In this document: positions 20,800-31,620 of the stretch, in pieces | How positions within the stretch are numbered: the first letter of the stretch is position 1 | Layout of the letters: each line of letters starts with the position of its first letter | DNA from: an uncultured Clostridia bacterium | Lineage (GTDB): Bacteria > Bacillota > Clostridia > TANB77 > CAG-508 | Assembly (NCBI GenBank): GCA_947628115.1 | Contig: CANQYS010000003.1 | Location: forward strand, 168 to 64,167 | DNA: 64,000 nucleotides | Direction: 5' to 3' | Notes under the pieces: generated by a model | Seen by the model: the letters and a program-made list of their open reading frames with translations, nothing else | Databases searched by the model: none | Told to the model about the DNA's origin: nothing | Position numbers and translations under genes: made by a program

Positions 20800-22407
20800 T
20801 TGGAGGTTTTTATGAACGTAGTAATGATAATGGCTGGAGGTGTAGGGAATAGATTTGGTAGCAATATACCAAAACAATATATAAGACTTAACGGAAAACC
20901 AATTATTGATTATGTAATAGAAAATGTACAAAAATCTAAATCTACAGATAAAATATTAATTGTAATTGACAAAAAATATATAAAATACTCTCATATTCTT
21001 TCAAATAATTCATTTGACTTTGCTGAAAATGGCAATGAAAGATATGAATCTATTAAAAATGGATTTAATTATATCAAAGCACATTATAATTGCAATAAAA
21101 TTCTTATAGCTGATGCCGTTGCTCCTTTTATATATCCAGAGTTAATAGACGATTATTTTTCTAAATTAGATGATTATGATGCTGTTATTACTTCCCAAAA
21201 AATAACTGGTGCATTAGGTAACTATTACTATGATCCATTGGATAGAGAGGATTTTTACATTACACAATCTCCAGAAGCATTTAAATTTGATTTAATATAT
21301 GAAAATTTTAATCCAAATTTTAAAAGCCAAGAATTAGCATGGCAGTTGCCAAAAGAAACTAAAAAATACTTGAATTTTAATTTTAAAAATAATTTAAAAA
21401 TTACATATAATTTTGAACTAGAATATGCTGAATATTTAATAAAGTATCTTCAATTAAAAAAATCAAATGGCTTCTTGAATGTTCATGATAAAAACTTTTT
21501 TGTTACAGAAGGTATTAGTAATTATTTATTACGAATATATCCAGAAGAAACAGACAAATGGTTAAATAAATTATATTTATACTATAAAGAACTTACTAAT
21601 AAATATGGAGATTTTAAGCAAGTTATTGCAAATCAGTCTTCTCGCTATGGCTCTGTACTATTAATACAGGATAATAATGAAAATGAATTTATAATAAAAG
21701 TAATACCAGAATTTTTGCATAGATATGAAAGTGAACGTGATTCTTATAAGGTTTTATCAAATAAATTTCTATGTAAATTGCTAGATTATGATAATAGTAA
21801 TAATTCTATTATTTTAAAAAAATTAAGAAATGCAACACCTGCATTTTTTGAAGATAATATAAATTTAACTAACTTTTTCTCAAGAGTATTTACCAATACA
21901 ACACTTTATACAAATGCTCTAAAAGATAAAGCCTTCATAAATTTTTATAATAATCTGAAAGAAAAATTAACTAATAAAGATAAAATAAAATATTTATCAT
22001 CTGAAATAACATATTGTTTAGGAAAAGCTGTAGACTTTTTTAATAATTATTTTAGTAATTCTAAGCTATATATAATACATGGAGACCTAAGAAAAGATAA
22101 TATTTTAAAAGATGATAATGATTATTATGCAATTGATCCAATCGGTTACATTGCACCAATTGAATTTGAAACTTCTAGGTTTATTATTGATGATATAACT
22201 TCTAATAATTTATTTAATATGAATGATAGATTAGATTTACTATTAAATTATTTTTCAAAATGGTTTAACAAAAAAAATATACTAATTGCTACATACATAT
22301 TTACTGCATTTATAACATATAATAGTACATTTGAAAATGTTGATATGTCTCAAACAAAGGATTATATAAAACTAATGGATATAATAGAACGTGAAATAGA
22401 GGAATAG
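20800..22407 (+). CDS. Bifunctional protein. The N-terminus is an IspD/TarI-like cytidylyltransferase. The C-terminus is an APH/choline-kinase-like phosphotransferase domain.
   Basis: N-terminal MIMAGGVGNRFG...PKQYI...ENGNERYESIKNG is IspD/TarI-like. C-terminal IIHGDLRKDNIL...DPIGY matches the HGD-x-x-x-x-N kinase catalytic loop. Confidence 0.6.
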   Translation: MEVFMNVVMIMAGGVGNRFGSNIPKQYIRLNGKPIIDYVIENVQKSKSTDKILIVIDKKYIKYSHILSNNSFDFAENGNERYESIKNGFNYIKAHYNCNKILIADAVAPFIYPELIDDYFSKLDDYDAVITSQKITGALGNYYYDPLDREDFYITQSPEAFKFDLIYENFNPNFKSQELAWQLPKETKKYLNFNFKNNLKITYNFELEYAEYLIKYLQLKKSNGFLNVHDKNFFVTEGISNYLLRIYPEETDKWLNKLYLYYKELTNKYGDFKQVIANQSSRYGSVLLIQDNNENEFIIKVIPEFLHRYESERDSYKVLSNKFLCKLLDYDNSNNSIILKKLRNATPAFFEDNINLTNFFSRVFTNTTLYTNALKDKAFINFYNNLKEKLTNKDKIKYLSSEITYCLGKAVDFFNNYFSNSKLYIIHGDLRKDNILKDDNDYYAIDPIGYIAPIEFETSRFIIDDITSNNLFNMNDRLDLLLNYFSKWFNKKNILIATYIFTAFITYNSTFENVDMSQTKDYIKLMDIIEREIEE

Positions 22408-22410
22408 CAT

Positions 22411-23568
22411 ATGAAAGAAAAAATTAAAAAAATTATATATAATTTACCCATATATCTTAAAAATTACATAATATTAGAAAGCAATCCAGATTTATCAGAT
22501 AATACATATTCCCTATATAAAATGCTACTAGAAAACAACGTCAATAAAAAATATAAACTTTTCTGGTTCGTTTACGACAAAAATATGTATAAACATATTA
22601 AAATAAAAAATGTATATTTTATTAATGCATTTGGACAAATTAGTTTATTTGATAAAATAAAAAAAATATATATAAATTTTAAAGCAAAATATATAATAGA
22701 TTGTAATAAGTTTATATATAAAATGAATAAAAATCAAAAAAGATTGCATCTTGGACATGGCATGCCATATAAATTAGTTCCAGAGTATTGTAATTTAACA
22801 GGTGAAACAGATTATATATTAAGTCTTTCTAATTTTTTTAATGATAACATAGCAAAACTACATCTTGTAGATAAAAGTAAAATAGTTACACTTGGATTGC
22901 CCAGAAATGATGATTTATTTTCTAGAAATAAAAATATAAAAAATTTATTTAAAATTATTAATTATGAAAAAGTCGTAATTTGGCTTCCTACTTACAGGCA
23001 ACACAAAAACAAAAATGCAGAATTATCTATGAATAGTTTATTTACTTTAGGAATTCCAATTATATATAATCTTGAAAATCTAAAAAAGTTAAATAGTACA
23101 TTAAAAGAACTTAACATTTTATTAGTATTAAAACCACATCCAGCACAAGATTTATCTGCAATTAAAGCAGAAAATTTGTCTAATTTTATTATACTTTCTG
23201 ATTTAGATTTAAAACAAAATAATATAAATTTATATGAATTTTTAGGACAAACTGATGCATTAATTACAGATTACTCATCCGTATATTATGATTATTTATT
23301 ATTAGATAAACCAATTGCAATTACTGTAGATGACTTTGAAGATTATAAAAAAACTTTTAATTTTGTATATGATGATATATTTAAAGTAATAAAAGGTGAA
23401 TATATAAATAACTATGATAATTTAATAACATTTTTTAAAAATATATCTACTAATAATGATGTAGCACAAAAAGAAAGAGAAAAATCAAAGAAATTGTTAC
23501 ATAATTATTATGATGGAAATTCTAGTAAAAGAGTTTATGAATTTTTATTAAATAGTATGGGACTATGA
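22411..23568 (+). CDS. CDP-glycerol glycerophosphotransferase (TagB/TagF family).
   Basis: VIWLPTYRQ motif, C-terminal ITDYSSVYYDY region, size typical of TagB/F. Confidence 0.7.
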   Translation: MKEKIKKIIYNLPIYLKNYIILESNPDLSDNTYSLYKMLLENNVNKKYKLFWFVYDKNMYKHIKIKNVYFINAFGQISLFDKIKKIYINFKAKYIIDCNKFIYKMNKNQKRLHLGHGMPYKLVPEYCNLTGETDYILSLSNFFNDNIAKLHLVDKSKIVTLGLPRNDDLFSRNKNIKNLFKIINYEKVVIWLPTYRQHKNKNAELSMNSLFTLGIPIIYNLENLKKLNSTLKELNILLVLKPHPAQDLSAIKAENLSNFIILSDLDLKQNNINLYEFLGQTDALITDYSSVYYDYLLLDKPIAITVDDFEDYKKTFNFVYDDIFKVIKGEYINNYDNLITFFKNISTNNDVAQKEREKSKKLLHNYYDGNSSKRVYEFLLNSMGL

Positions 23569-23587
23569 TAATATAAGGAGTTTAAAC

Positions 23588-25105
23588 ATGAAAGACCAAA
23601 TAAAAATTGGAAGTATTTTATCATATATAGTAATTATTCTTAATATATTAGTTGGATTAATTTATACTCCTATAATGTTAAGGATAATGGGCCAATCTGA
23701 ATATGGAACATACTCACTAATTTCTTCGATTATAGGATATTTAACTGTTTTAGATTTGGGCTTTGGTAATGCTATTATTATATATACATCAAGATATAGA
23801 ACAAAAAACCAAAAAGATGAACAAGCAAAATTAAATGGAATGTTTCTAATAATATATTCTATAATTGGTATTATTTCTGGAATTTTGGGTGGAATCCTCT
23901 ATGCAAATATTGATACTATGTTTGCTTCTACAATGAATTCCTTAGAGTTACAGAAAGCAAAAATAATGACAATTATATTAATAATAAACTTAGTATTTAC
24001 ATTTCCATTAAGTATTTTTGGTTCTATAATAACAGCCTATGAAAAATTCATATTTTCAAAAATAATAAATATATTAAGAATTATACTTATGCCAATTATT
24101 ATGCTTCCATTGCTTTATATGGGCTATAGATCTGTAGCAATGACAGTAGTTACCACAATATTAAACATATCCTCTTTAGTTATTAACTTAATTTATTGCT
24201 TAAAAGTTATAAAAATAAATTTTATCTTTGGGAAATTTGATACAAAATTACTTAAAGAAATATTTGGATATTCATTTTTTATTTTCTTAGCTATAATCGT
24301 GGATAAAATAAATTTAAATATAGATCAATTTATTTTAGGTTCTGTTGTTGGAACAGTTGAAGTAGCTATTTATACAGTTGCAGCGCAAATACATACAATA
24401 TATGTTTCTTTATCCACCGCAATAAATGGAGTTTTACTTCCAAAAATTACAATGCTTGTAGAAAATAAAGAACCTGATGAAAAAATTTCGGATATATTTA
24501 TCCAAACAGGAAGGCTTCAATATATAATAATGGCTTTAATAACAACTGGATTTATTATTTTTGGACAGGAATTTATTAAAATATGGGCAGGAGATGGTTA
24601 TAATAAATCTTACTGGACAGAATTAATATTAATGATTCCTGCTATTGTTCCGTTGATACAAAATGTTGGAATAAATATACTTCAAGCCAAAAATATGCAT
24701 AAATTTAGAACAGTTGTATATTTCTTTATAGCTATTGCAAACTTATTCATTAGTATACCACTTGCTAAAAAATTCGGATCAGTAGGCTCTGCAATTGGAA
24801 CAAGTATTGCTTGTTTAATTGGGCAATGGATTATAATGAATATTTATTATTATAAAAAGGCCAATATAAATATACCAAAATTTTGGAATAATATTTTTAA
24901 AATGTCAATTCCTATATTAGTTATATTTATACCTACCCTTATAATTAATAATATGATTATTTCATATAATATAATTATTGTAGGATTAAAAATTATATTA
25001 TATACTATAATATATTCAGTATTATTATGGCTATTTGCATTAAATGATTATGAAAAATCTTTAATAAAAAAGCCTATTAGTAAAATTTTTAAAGTTAATA
25101 TATAA
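23588..25105 (+). CDS. wzx: Polysaccharide flippase Wzx (MOP/PST superfamily).
   Basis: 505 aa with about 12-14 TM helices. The N-terminus is typical of oligosaccharide flippases. Confidence 0.7.
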   Translation: MKDQIKIGSILSYIVIILNILVGLIYTPIMLRIMGQSEYGTYSLISSIIGYLTVLDLGFGNAIIIYTSRYRTKNQKDEQAKLNGMFLIIYSIIGIISGILGGILYANIDTMFASTMNSLELQKAKIMTIILIINLVFTFPLSIFGSIITAYEKFIFSKIINILRIILMPIIMLPLLYMGYRSVAMTVVTTILNISSLVINLIYCLKVIKINFIFGKFDTKLLKEIFGYSFFIFLAIIVDKINLNIDQFILGSVVGTVEVAIYTVAAQIHTIYVSLSTAINGVLLPKITMLVENKEPDEKISDIFIQTGRLQYIIMALITTGFIIFGQEFIKIWAGDGYNKSYWTELILMIPAIVPLIQNVGINILQAKNMHKFRTVVYFFIAIANLFISIPLAKKFGSVGSAIGTSIACLIGQWIIMNIYYYKKANINIPKFWNNIFKMSIPILVIFIPTLIINNMIISYNIIIVGLKIILYTIIYSVLLWLFALNDYEKSLIKKPISKIFKVNI

Positions 25106-25116
25106 CGGAGGTAAAA

Positions 25117-26067
25117 ATGTGCAAACTAAGTATAATAGTTCCTATTTATAATACTGAAAAATATTTATCTAGATGTTTAGATTCTTTAATACACCAGACA
25201 TTAGATAATATTGAAATCATATTAATAAATGATGGCTCTACTGATAATTCTCAGGAAATTATTAATAAATATTTAAATACATATCCTTCAATTTTAAAAA
25301 GTTTTACACAAAATAATTCTGGTCAAGCATGTGCAAGAAATTTAGGAATTAAAAATTCTATGGGAGAATTCATTGCATTTGTTGATAGCGATGATTATGT
25401 TGAATTAGATGCATATAAAAAGTCCTATAAATACGCTACAGAAAATAACTTAGATATTGTTTGTTTTAATTTTTACGAAGAAAAAAATAATATTAAACAA
25501 AAAAGTTCTTATTATAAATTTGATAATTATAATAATGTTGTAAAATATATTTTAAATGAAACATCTCCTTGTAACAAAATAATAAGAAAAGATTTGTTTG
25601 AAAAAAATAATATTAAGTTTGTTGAAAATTACATATATGAAGATTTAGAATTGATTCCAAGATTAGCTTTATATACAAACAAAATAGGCTTTTTAAATGA
25701 TTACTTATATAATTATGTTATACATGAAAATTCTACTATGCATCAAAAAAAATATAATACGAAATTAGATAGTATTTATTTTGTAGCAGAATCTTTAAAA
25801 AATAATTTTAAAAACACAAAATATAATAAGGAACTAGAATTTTTATTTATTGAACATTTATTGCATGGTGCAGTTTTACGATATTTAGAATATGAAGAAG
25901 GAAACAGCGATATTGAAAAAATATCTAACATTATAAAATCAGATTTTCCAAATTGGAGAAAAAATATTTATTATAAAGAACAAAATATAAAATATAAAAT
26001 AATATGTGAATTAGCTTATTATAAAAAAATTAAAATACTAAAAAAAATATTAAAAAATAGAGGTTAA
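25117..26067 (+). CDS. Family 2 glycosyltransferase.
   Basis: SIIVPIYNTEKYLSRCLDSL...INDGSTDNS...DSDD GT-A motifs. Confidence 0.75.
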   Translation: MCKLSIIVPIYNTEKYLSRCLDSLIHQTLDNIEIILINDGSTDNSQEIINKYLNTYPSILKSFTQNNSGQACARNLGIKNSMGEFIAFVDSDDYVELDAYKKSYKYATENNLDIVCFNFYEEKNNIKQKSSYYKFDNYNNVVKYILNETSPCNKIIRKDLFEKNNIKFVENYIYEDLELIPRLALYTNKIGFLNDYLYNYVIHENSTMHQKKYNTKLDSIYFVAESLKNNFKNTKYNKELEFLFIEHLLHGAVLRYLEYEEGNSDIEKISNIIKSDFPNWRKNIYYKEQNIKYKIICELAYYKKIKILKKILKNRG

Positions 26068-26071
26068 CAAA

Positions 26072-27223
26072 TTGAAAAAAAATATTTTATTTGTAGTAGA
26101 TAATTTAAAATTAGGAGGAGTTACTAAAGTTTTAACAAATCTTCTTAAAAATTTAAATTATAATAAATACAATATTGATTTACTAGTATTACACTATTAT
26201 GAAGATATGCAAATTAAGCTTCCTGATGAAGTTAACATATTAAAAGGTAGCAAAATATTTTCTTTAATTGATGAAAATATTAGTACATTATTAAGAGAAA
26301 AAAATATAAAAAAATTATTTGGGAAATGCATATTGGTATTTCAAATTAAAACAGGTATAATAAAAAATAAAATAATTAAATATAGAAAAAAAAGTACTAC
26401 TAAGCAATATGATATAGAAGTTGCATTTGGTGATGGTTTTCCGTATCTTTATACTGCATATGGAAATTCCAAAAAAAAGGTATCTTGGATGCATTCAGAT
26501 GTAATTATAAAAGATTATTCTGCTAGATATTTTAAAAGAATTAAAAAAGCTTTATCTATGATGGATATTAATGTTGCAGTTTCAGATAAAGTAGCCAAAG
26601 CTTATCAAACCCGTTATGAAATAAAAAATATAGAAGTTATTAATAATATTATGGATACGGAAGAAATTATAGAAAAATCTAACTTAATTGAACCAGTTCC
26701 TTTTGATAATAACCAATTAAATTTTATTTCTGTTGGAAGATTAGATTATTCTAAAAATTATGAAATGCTTTTAAATGTTACCAAGCACTTAATTGATGAT
26801 GGGTATAATTTTAAAGTTTATATAGTTGGTGATGGATCTGAAAAGAAAAAATTAGAAAAAAACATTACTAAATTTAAAATGGAAAAAAACTTTATTTTAC
26901 TTGGTAGAAAGGATAATCCATACCCTTACATAAAAAACTCTGATATTTTTTTACTTTCTTCTAGATATGAAGGATTACCAACAGTTATATTAGAGGCTTT
27001 GATATTACATGTACCATGTATATCAACAGAAGTTGCAGGTATTTACCAAATACTTAACAAAAGCTATGGAATTATTACTAAAAATGATGAACAAGATTTT
27101 TACTTAAACTTAAAAAATGTACTTAATAACCCTGAAAAAATAAAAAAAATGAAAAATAATTTACTAAATTACAAATATGATAACAAAGAACTTATTAATA
27201 AAATAGAAGAAATATTAAAATAA
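26072..27223 (+). CDS. Family 4 (GT-B) glycosyltransferase.
   Basis: C-terminal EGLPTVILEALILHVPCISTEVAG is the GT4 donor-binding motif. Confidence 0.75.
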   Translation: MKKNILFVVDNLKLGGVTKVLTNLLKNLNYNKYNIDLLVLHYYEDMQIKLPDEVNILKGSKIFSLIDENISTLLREKNIKKLFGKCILVFQIKTGIIKNKIIKYRKKSTTKQYDIEVAFGDGFPYLYTAYGNSKKKVSWMHSDVIIKDYSARYFKRIKKALSMMDINVAVSDKVAKAYQTRYEIKNIEVINNIMDTEEIIEKSNLIEPVPFDNNQLNFISVGRLDYSKNYEMLLNVTKHLIDDGYNFKVYIVGDGSEKKKLEKNITKFKMEKNFILLGRKDNPYPYIKNSDIFLLSSRYEGLPTVILEALILHVPCISTEVAGIYQILNKSYGIITKNDEQDFYLNLKNVLNNPEKIKKMKNNLLNYKYDNKELINKIEEILK

Positions 27224-27244
27224 ATTACTTTATAGGAGATACTA

Positions 27245-29488
27245 ATGGAAACAAAAAAATTAGAAAAAATAAATAAAATAAATAAATATTTTTTAATTGT
27301 ATTTTTTATATTACAACCAATTTTAGAATTAATATTATCTATATTCAATGATGAATTTTTTGCAATAGCTGGTATATCAATAGCTACTTTAATAAGATAT
27401 GCCTTGATAGCAATTATTATTTTTCTTGCAATATTTGCTAATTTGCATAAAAAAAGTACAAAGATCTTTATCGGAACATTAACATTATATGCTATTTTTG
27501 TATGCTTACATTATTTCAATATTAAAGATTTTGATATAGTTATTCTTAATATAAGTATGAAAAAAAGTTTTATAACAAGCGCAATATATTTATCTAAATT
27601 TATTATTCCTATATGTATAATGTTTTTAGTTTATATATTAGATTTTAAATACAATGATTTAAAAATTACAGTTTTGTCTGTTGTTACTATTGTTTCACTT
27701 ATTATATTAATTACAAATTTATTTGGAATCGATAATATAGCATACTCATTCAATTCTATTGTTCATCCTTCTACTAATATAATAGGATGGTTTACAATTG
27801 ATTATAATGATATTAATTGGAGATATCTTACTTCTAGAGGATTATATCCATCTGGTAACGAAATAGCTTCACTTCTTACATTGTTATTTCCATTAACAAT
27901 ATGGATATCACTTAAAGAAAAAAATATTTCATATTTTACTATCGTTTTTATTCAAATGATTTCATTGCTAATGGTTGGAACTAAAGTTGCAGTATATGGA
28001 GAAATTATTTTATTTGTATCTGTAATTTGTATATGGATATTTGAAAAAATATTAAAAAAGGAAAAAATTACAAAAGACAAAATATTATGCATAATTTTAA
28101 TATTAATATTATTTGGAATATGTTTTGCTTACTCACCATTTTTTAATAGAATAATAGTTGGTGAAGCTGGCTCTGGTTCTTATACCGAAATAATCGATGA
28201 TGAATCTGATAAGGGAATAGAAGATCCTTCGCCAAACGACGATTCAAATATTATTTATATAAAAGAAAATTATTCAAAACAAAGCATTCCATCTCAGCTT
28301 GTAGAAAATGCATATAATTATATAGAACACACTGATTTTTGGGTTCATTTAATAAAAGACGTAGATTTTTCTCAAAGAAACAGTGCAAGAAAAATAAAAA
28401 CATTAATATTACAAGATATTAAAGAAAATAATTCTGGTGTATTAGATGATTTTGTTGGGATTGGAGAAATTCCTATTTATCCTGAAAAGGATTTTATAGC
28501 ACAATATTATTATATCGGTATTATTGGAATATTAATATTTATAATACCATTTATATTAGTTGCTTTAACTTCTGTAGGATATAATTTTATAAGAATATTA
28601 AAGAAAAAATTTGATGGTACTCAATTAGTACTACTTTTATCATTTTTCTTTATAGAATTTGTAGCTTATTTTTCAGGGCACACATTAGAACCAATCTATA
28701 TAAATTCATATATAGCTTTAATTTGTGGTATGCTGATTTCTTTATTAATTAAAAGAAACAATAATACTTTAGGTAAATTAGAAAAATATATAAAAAAAAT
28801 ATATTGTAATGAAAAAGAAAATTTTGTAACTATATTAAAAAATAATATAAAAAATAATAAAAAGACTTTCATAGTTACTGCTAATCCAGAAACTCTTATG
28901 ATAGCAAGTAAAAATAAAGGATTTGACAAATGTTTAATGGATGAAGATACAATAATTACCCCTGATGGTATTGGTATTGTAAAAGGAGCTAAATTATTAT
29001 CTTATAATATAAAAGAAACAATTACTGGTGTTGAATTATGTAATGATATTTTCAAAATTTTAAATGATTACAATAAATCCATATATTTATTTGGTTCAAG
29101 AAAAGAAATTGTTGAGAAACTAAAAAATAATTTAAAAATACAATATCCAAATATAAATATTATTGGAATAGAAAATGGATATGTAAAAGATAGGCAAAAA
29201 GTATTTGAAAACATAAAAAAATTAAAACCTGATGCTGTTTTAGTTGCTTTAGGAATACCTGAACAAGAATTATTAATATATAATAATTTAAAAGATTTCG
29301 ATAAGGGTATTTTTATGGGTGTAGGTGGAAGTTTTGATGTTTTAAGTGGCAGTAAAAAACGTGCCCCACAATTTTTTATAAATATGCATTTAGAATGGCT
29401 ATATAGAATTATTTGTGAACCCACCCGTTTAAAAAGATTTTTTAAAAGTAATGTAATATATATATTTAAAATAATACAAGAAAGATAA
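27245..29488 (+). CDS. Fusion protein. The N-terminus is a multi-TM Wzy/O-antigen-ligase-like polymerase domain. The C-terminus is a WecB/TagA/CpsF (GT26) N-acetylmannosaminyltransferase domain.
   Basis: About 450 aa with 10 or more TM helices and a large exoloop. The C-terminal 250 aa (VTANPE...GIPEQE...GVGGSFDVLSG...WLYR) is a clear TagA/WecG match. Confidence 0.6.
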   Translation: METKKLEKINKINKYFLIVFFILQPILELILSIFNDEFFAIAGISIATLIRYALIAIIIFLAIFANLHKKSTKIFIGTLTLYAIFVCLHYFNIKDFDIVILNISMKKSFITSAIYLSKFIIPICIMFLVYILDFKYNDLKITVLSVVTIVSLIILITNLFGIDNIAYSFNSIVHPSTNIIGWFTIDYNDINWRYLTSRGLYPSGNEIASLLTLLFPLTIWISLKEKNISYFTIVFIQMISLLMVGTKVAVYGEIILFVSVICIWIFEKILKKEKITKDKILCIILILILFGICFAYSPFFNRIIVGEAGSGSYTEIIDDESDKGIEDPSPNDDSNIIYIKENYSKQSIPSQLVENAYNYIEHTDFWVHLIKDVDFSQRNSARKIKTLILQDIKENNSGVLDDFVGIGEIPIYPEKDFIAQYYYIGIIGILIFIIPFILVALTSVGYNFIRILKKKFDGTQLVLLLSFFFIEFVAYFSGHTLEPIYINSYIALICGMLISLLIKRNNNTLGKLEKYIKKIYCNEKENFVTILKNNIKNNKKTFIVTANPETLMIASKNKGFDKCLMDEDTIITPDGIGIVKGAKLLSYNIKETITGVELCNDIFKILNDYNKSIYLFGSRKEIVEKLKNNLKIQYPNINIIGIENGYVKDRQKVFENIKKLKPDAVLVALGIPEQELLIYNNLKDFDKGIFMGVGGSFDVLSGSKKRAPQFFINMHLEWLYRIICEPTRLKRFFKSNVIYIFKIIQER

Positions 29489-29498
29489 GGAGTTAAAA

Positions 29499-30515
29499 AT
29501 GCCCAAAATAAGTATCATAATACCTGTCTATAACACAGAACTTTATTTAAAAAAATGTTTAGATAGTATTATTAGTCAAACATATCAAGATTATGAAGTA
29601 ATAATAGTAAATGACGGTAGTACTGATAATTCTCAAAATATTATTTCTGAATATGAAAAAAAATATAAAGACAAAATATTTGCATATTATAAAGAAAATG
29701 AAGGTGTTTCTATAGCTAGAAATTTTGGAATTGAGAAATCTAAAGGAGAATTCATTACATTTGTTGATAGTGATGATTATATAGATAAATATATGCTTGA
29801 AAAAATGATAAAAAAAGCAAATGAAGATAATTTTGATATGATTATATGCAATTTATTATATATTTATCCTAATAAAAAAGTAATTGGTAAAAGTAATATA
29901 AAAGGTGATTTATTAACAAAAGATCAAATTAAAAATAATATAATAAATATTCTTCCTGCAATGTGTGGAAAATTAATAAAAAGAAATTTATATACTAATT
30001 TTAAATTTAAACCTAATATTTGGTATGAAGATGTTGAAAGCTACTTTAGAATGTACCCTAAATTAAATAAAATCGGTTATATAAATCAAGATTTATATTT
30101 TTATCCTCAGAGAAATGATTCTATTACATATACATATAATGAAAAATTATATGATATTATTTATATGTGGGATGGAATAATTAAAGAATATAAAAAAAAT
30201 AATTATTTTGATGAATATAAAAGTGAGTTAGAAATTTCTGTTATACGATACAGTTTCGCAACATTTGTAAAAAGATTAGCAAAAACAAAAAACAAAAAAA
30301 TGTTTAAACTGGGTGTTGATAAAGCAATAGAAAATGTAAACAATTTGTTTCCAAATTATAAAAATAATATTTATTTAAAAACATTCTCAATAAAAAATAT
30401 ATACTTAAAATATTTTAATAAATCGTTTGCTTGTATATTATTTCATTTAATTAATGGTATATCTATTAAAAAAAATAATAAAATAATTATCTTAAGAGGT
30501 AAAAATAATGATTAA
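29499..30515 (+). CDS. Family 2 glycosyltransferase.
   Basis: ISIIIPVYNTELYLKKCLDSI...VNDGSTDNS...DSDD. Confidence 0.75.
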   Translation: MPKISIIIPVYNTELYLKKCLDSIISQTYQDYEVIIVNDGSTDNSQNIISEYEKKYKDKIFAYYKENEGVSIARNFGIEKSKGEFITFVDSDDYIDKYMLEKMIKKANEDNFDMIICNLLYIYPNKKVIGKSNIKGDLLTKDQIKNNIINILPAMCGKLIKRNLYTNFKFKPNIWYEDVESYFRMYPKLNKIGYINQDLYFYPQRNDSITYTYNEKLYDIIYMWDGIIKEYKKNNYFDEYKSELEISVIRYSFATFVKRLAKTKNKKMFKLGVDKAIENVNNLFPNYKNNIYLKTFSIKNIYLKYFNKSFACILFHLINGISIKKNNKIIILRGKNND

Positions 30516-31614
30516 AGTAATGACAATTTTTGGTACAAGACCAGAAGCCATAAAAATGGCTCCATTAGTAAAAGAATTAAAATCTAGAAAAGAAATTAAA
30601 TGTATTGTGTGTGTAACTGCTCAGCATAGACAAATGCTTGATCAAGTATTAGATGTTTTTAATATTGTACCTGATTATGATTTAAATATAATGAAACAAG
30701 GGCAAACACTAAGTGACATTACTAGTAAAGTTTTAAAGGGATTAGAAGAAATTATAAATAAAGAAAAGCCTAATATTGTTCTTGTTCATGGAGATACAAC
30801 AACAACATTTGCTGGAGCACTAGCTGCTTACTATTGTCAAACAGATATAGGACATGTTGAAGCAGGTCTACGTACCTGGAATAAATATTCTCCATATCCA
30901 GAAGAAATGAATAGACAAATGGTTGGCGTTTTAGCCGACATGCATTTTGCACCAACTGAAAAAAGTAAACAAAGTTTGCTAAATGAAGGTAAAAATCCTA
31001 AATCAATTTATGTTACAGGTAATACAGCAATAGATGCTCTTAGTACAACTGTTAATCCAAACTATAAACATGAATTATTTGATTGGATAGGAAATGATAA
31101 ATTAATACTTCTTACTGCTCATAGAAGAGAAAATTTAGGAGAACCAATGCGTGGAATGTTTAAAGCAATAAAAAGAATTGTGGATGAAACTCCTGATGCT
31201 AAAGTTATATATCCTGTACACTTAAATCCTAAAGTAAAAGAAATTGCTGATGAAATATTAGGAAATAATGAAAGAATTAAATTAATTTCTCCTTTAGAAG
31301 TAATTGATTTTCATAATTTTATAAACAAATCATATATAATTTTAACTGATAGTGGTGGTATACAAGAAGAGGCTCCTTCTCTTGGAAAGCCAGTTTTAGT
31401 GCTTAGAGATACAACAGAAAGACCTGAAGGAATAGAATCAGGAACTCTTAAACTTGCAGGAACTAATGAAGAAACTATTTATAAATTAACTAAGCAATTA
31501 TTAACTGATAAAAGTGAATACGAAAAAATGAGCAAAGCTTCAAATCCCTATGGTGATGGAAAAGCAAGTATTAGAATTGTTGATTCAATAATCAATAAAT
31601 ATAGTAAAAGGTGA
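30508..31614 (+). CDS. mnaA: UDP-N-acetylglucosamine 2-epimerase (non-hydrolysing).
   Basis: MTIFGTRPEAIKMAPLV...HVEAGLRT...DSGGIQEEAPSLGKPVLVLRDTTERPE. Confidence 0.9.
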   Translation: MIKVMTIFGTRPEAIKMAPLVKELKSRKEIKCIVCVTAQHRQMLDQVLDVFNIVPDYDLNIMKQGQTLSDITSKVLKGLEEIINKEKPNIVLVHGDTTTTFAGALAAYYCQTDIGHVEAGLRTWNKYSPYPEEMNRQMVGVLADMHFAPTEKSKQSLLNEGKNPKSIYVTGNTAIDALSTTVNPNYKHELFDWIGNDKLILLTAHRRENLGEPMRGMFKAIKRIVDETPDAKVIYPVHLNPKVKEIADEILGNNERIKLISPLEVIDFHNFINKSYIILTDSGGIQEEAPSLGKPVLVLRDTTERPEGIESGTLKLAGTNEETIYKLTKQLLTDKSEYEKMSKASNPYGDGKASIRIVDSIINKYSKR

Positions 31615-31620
31615 TTAAAT

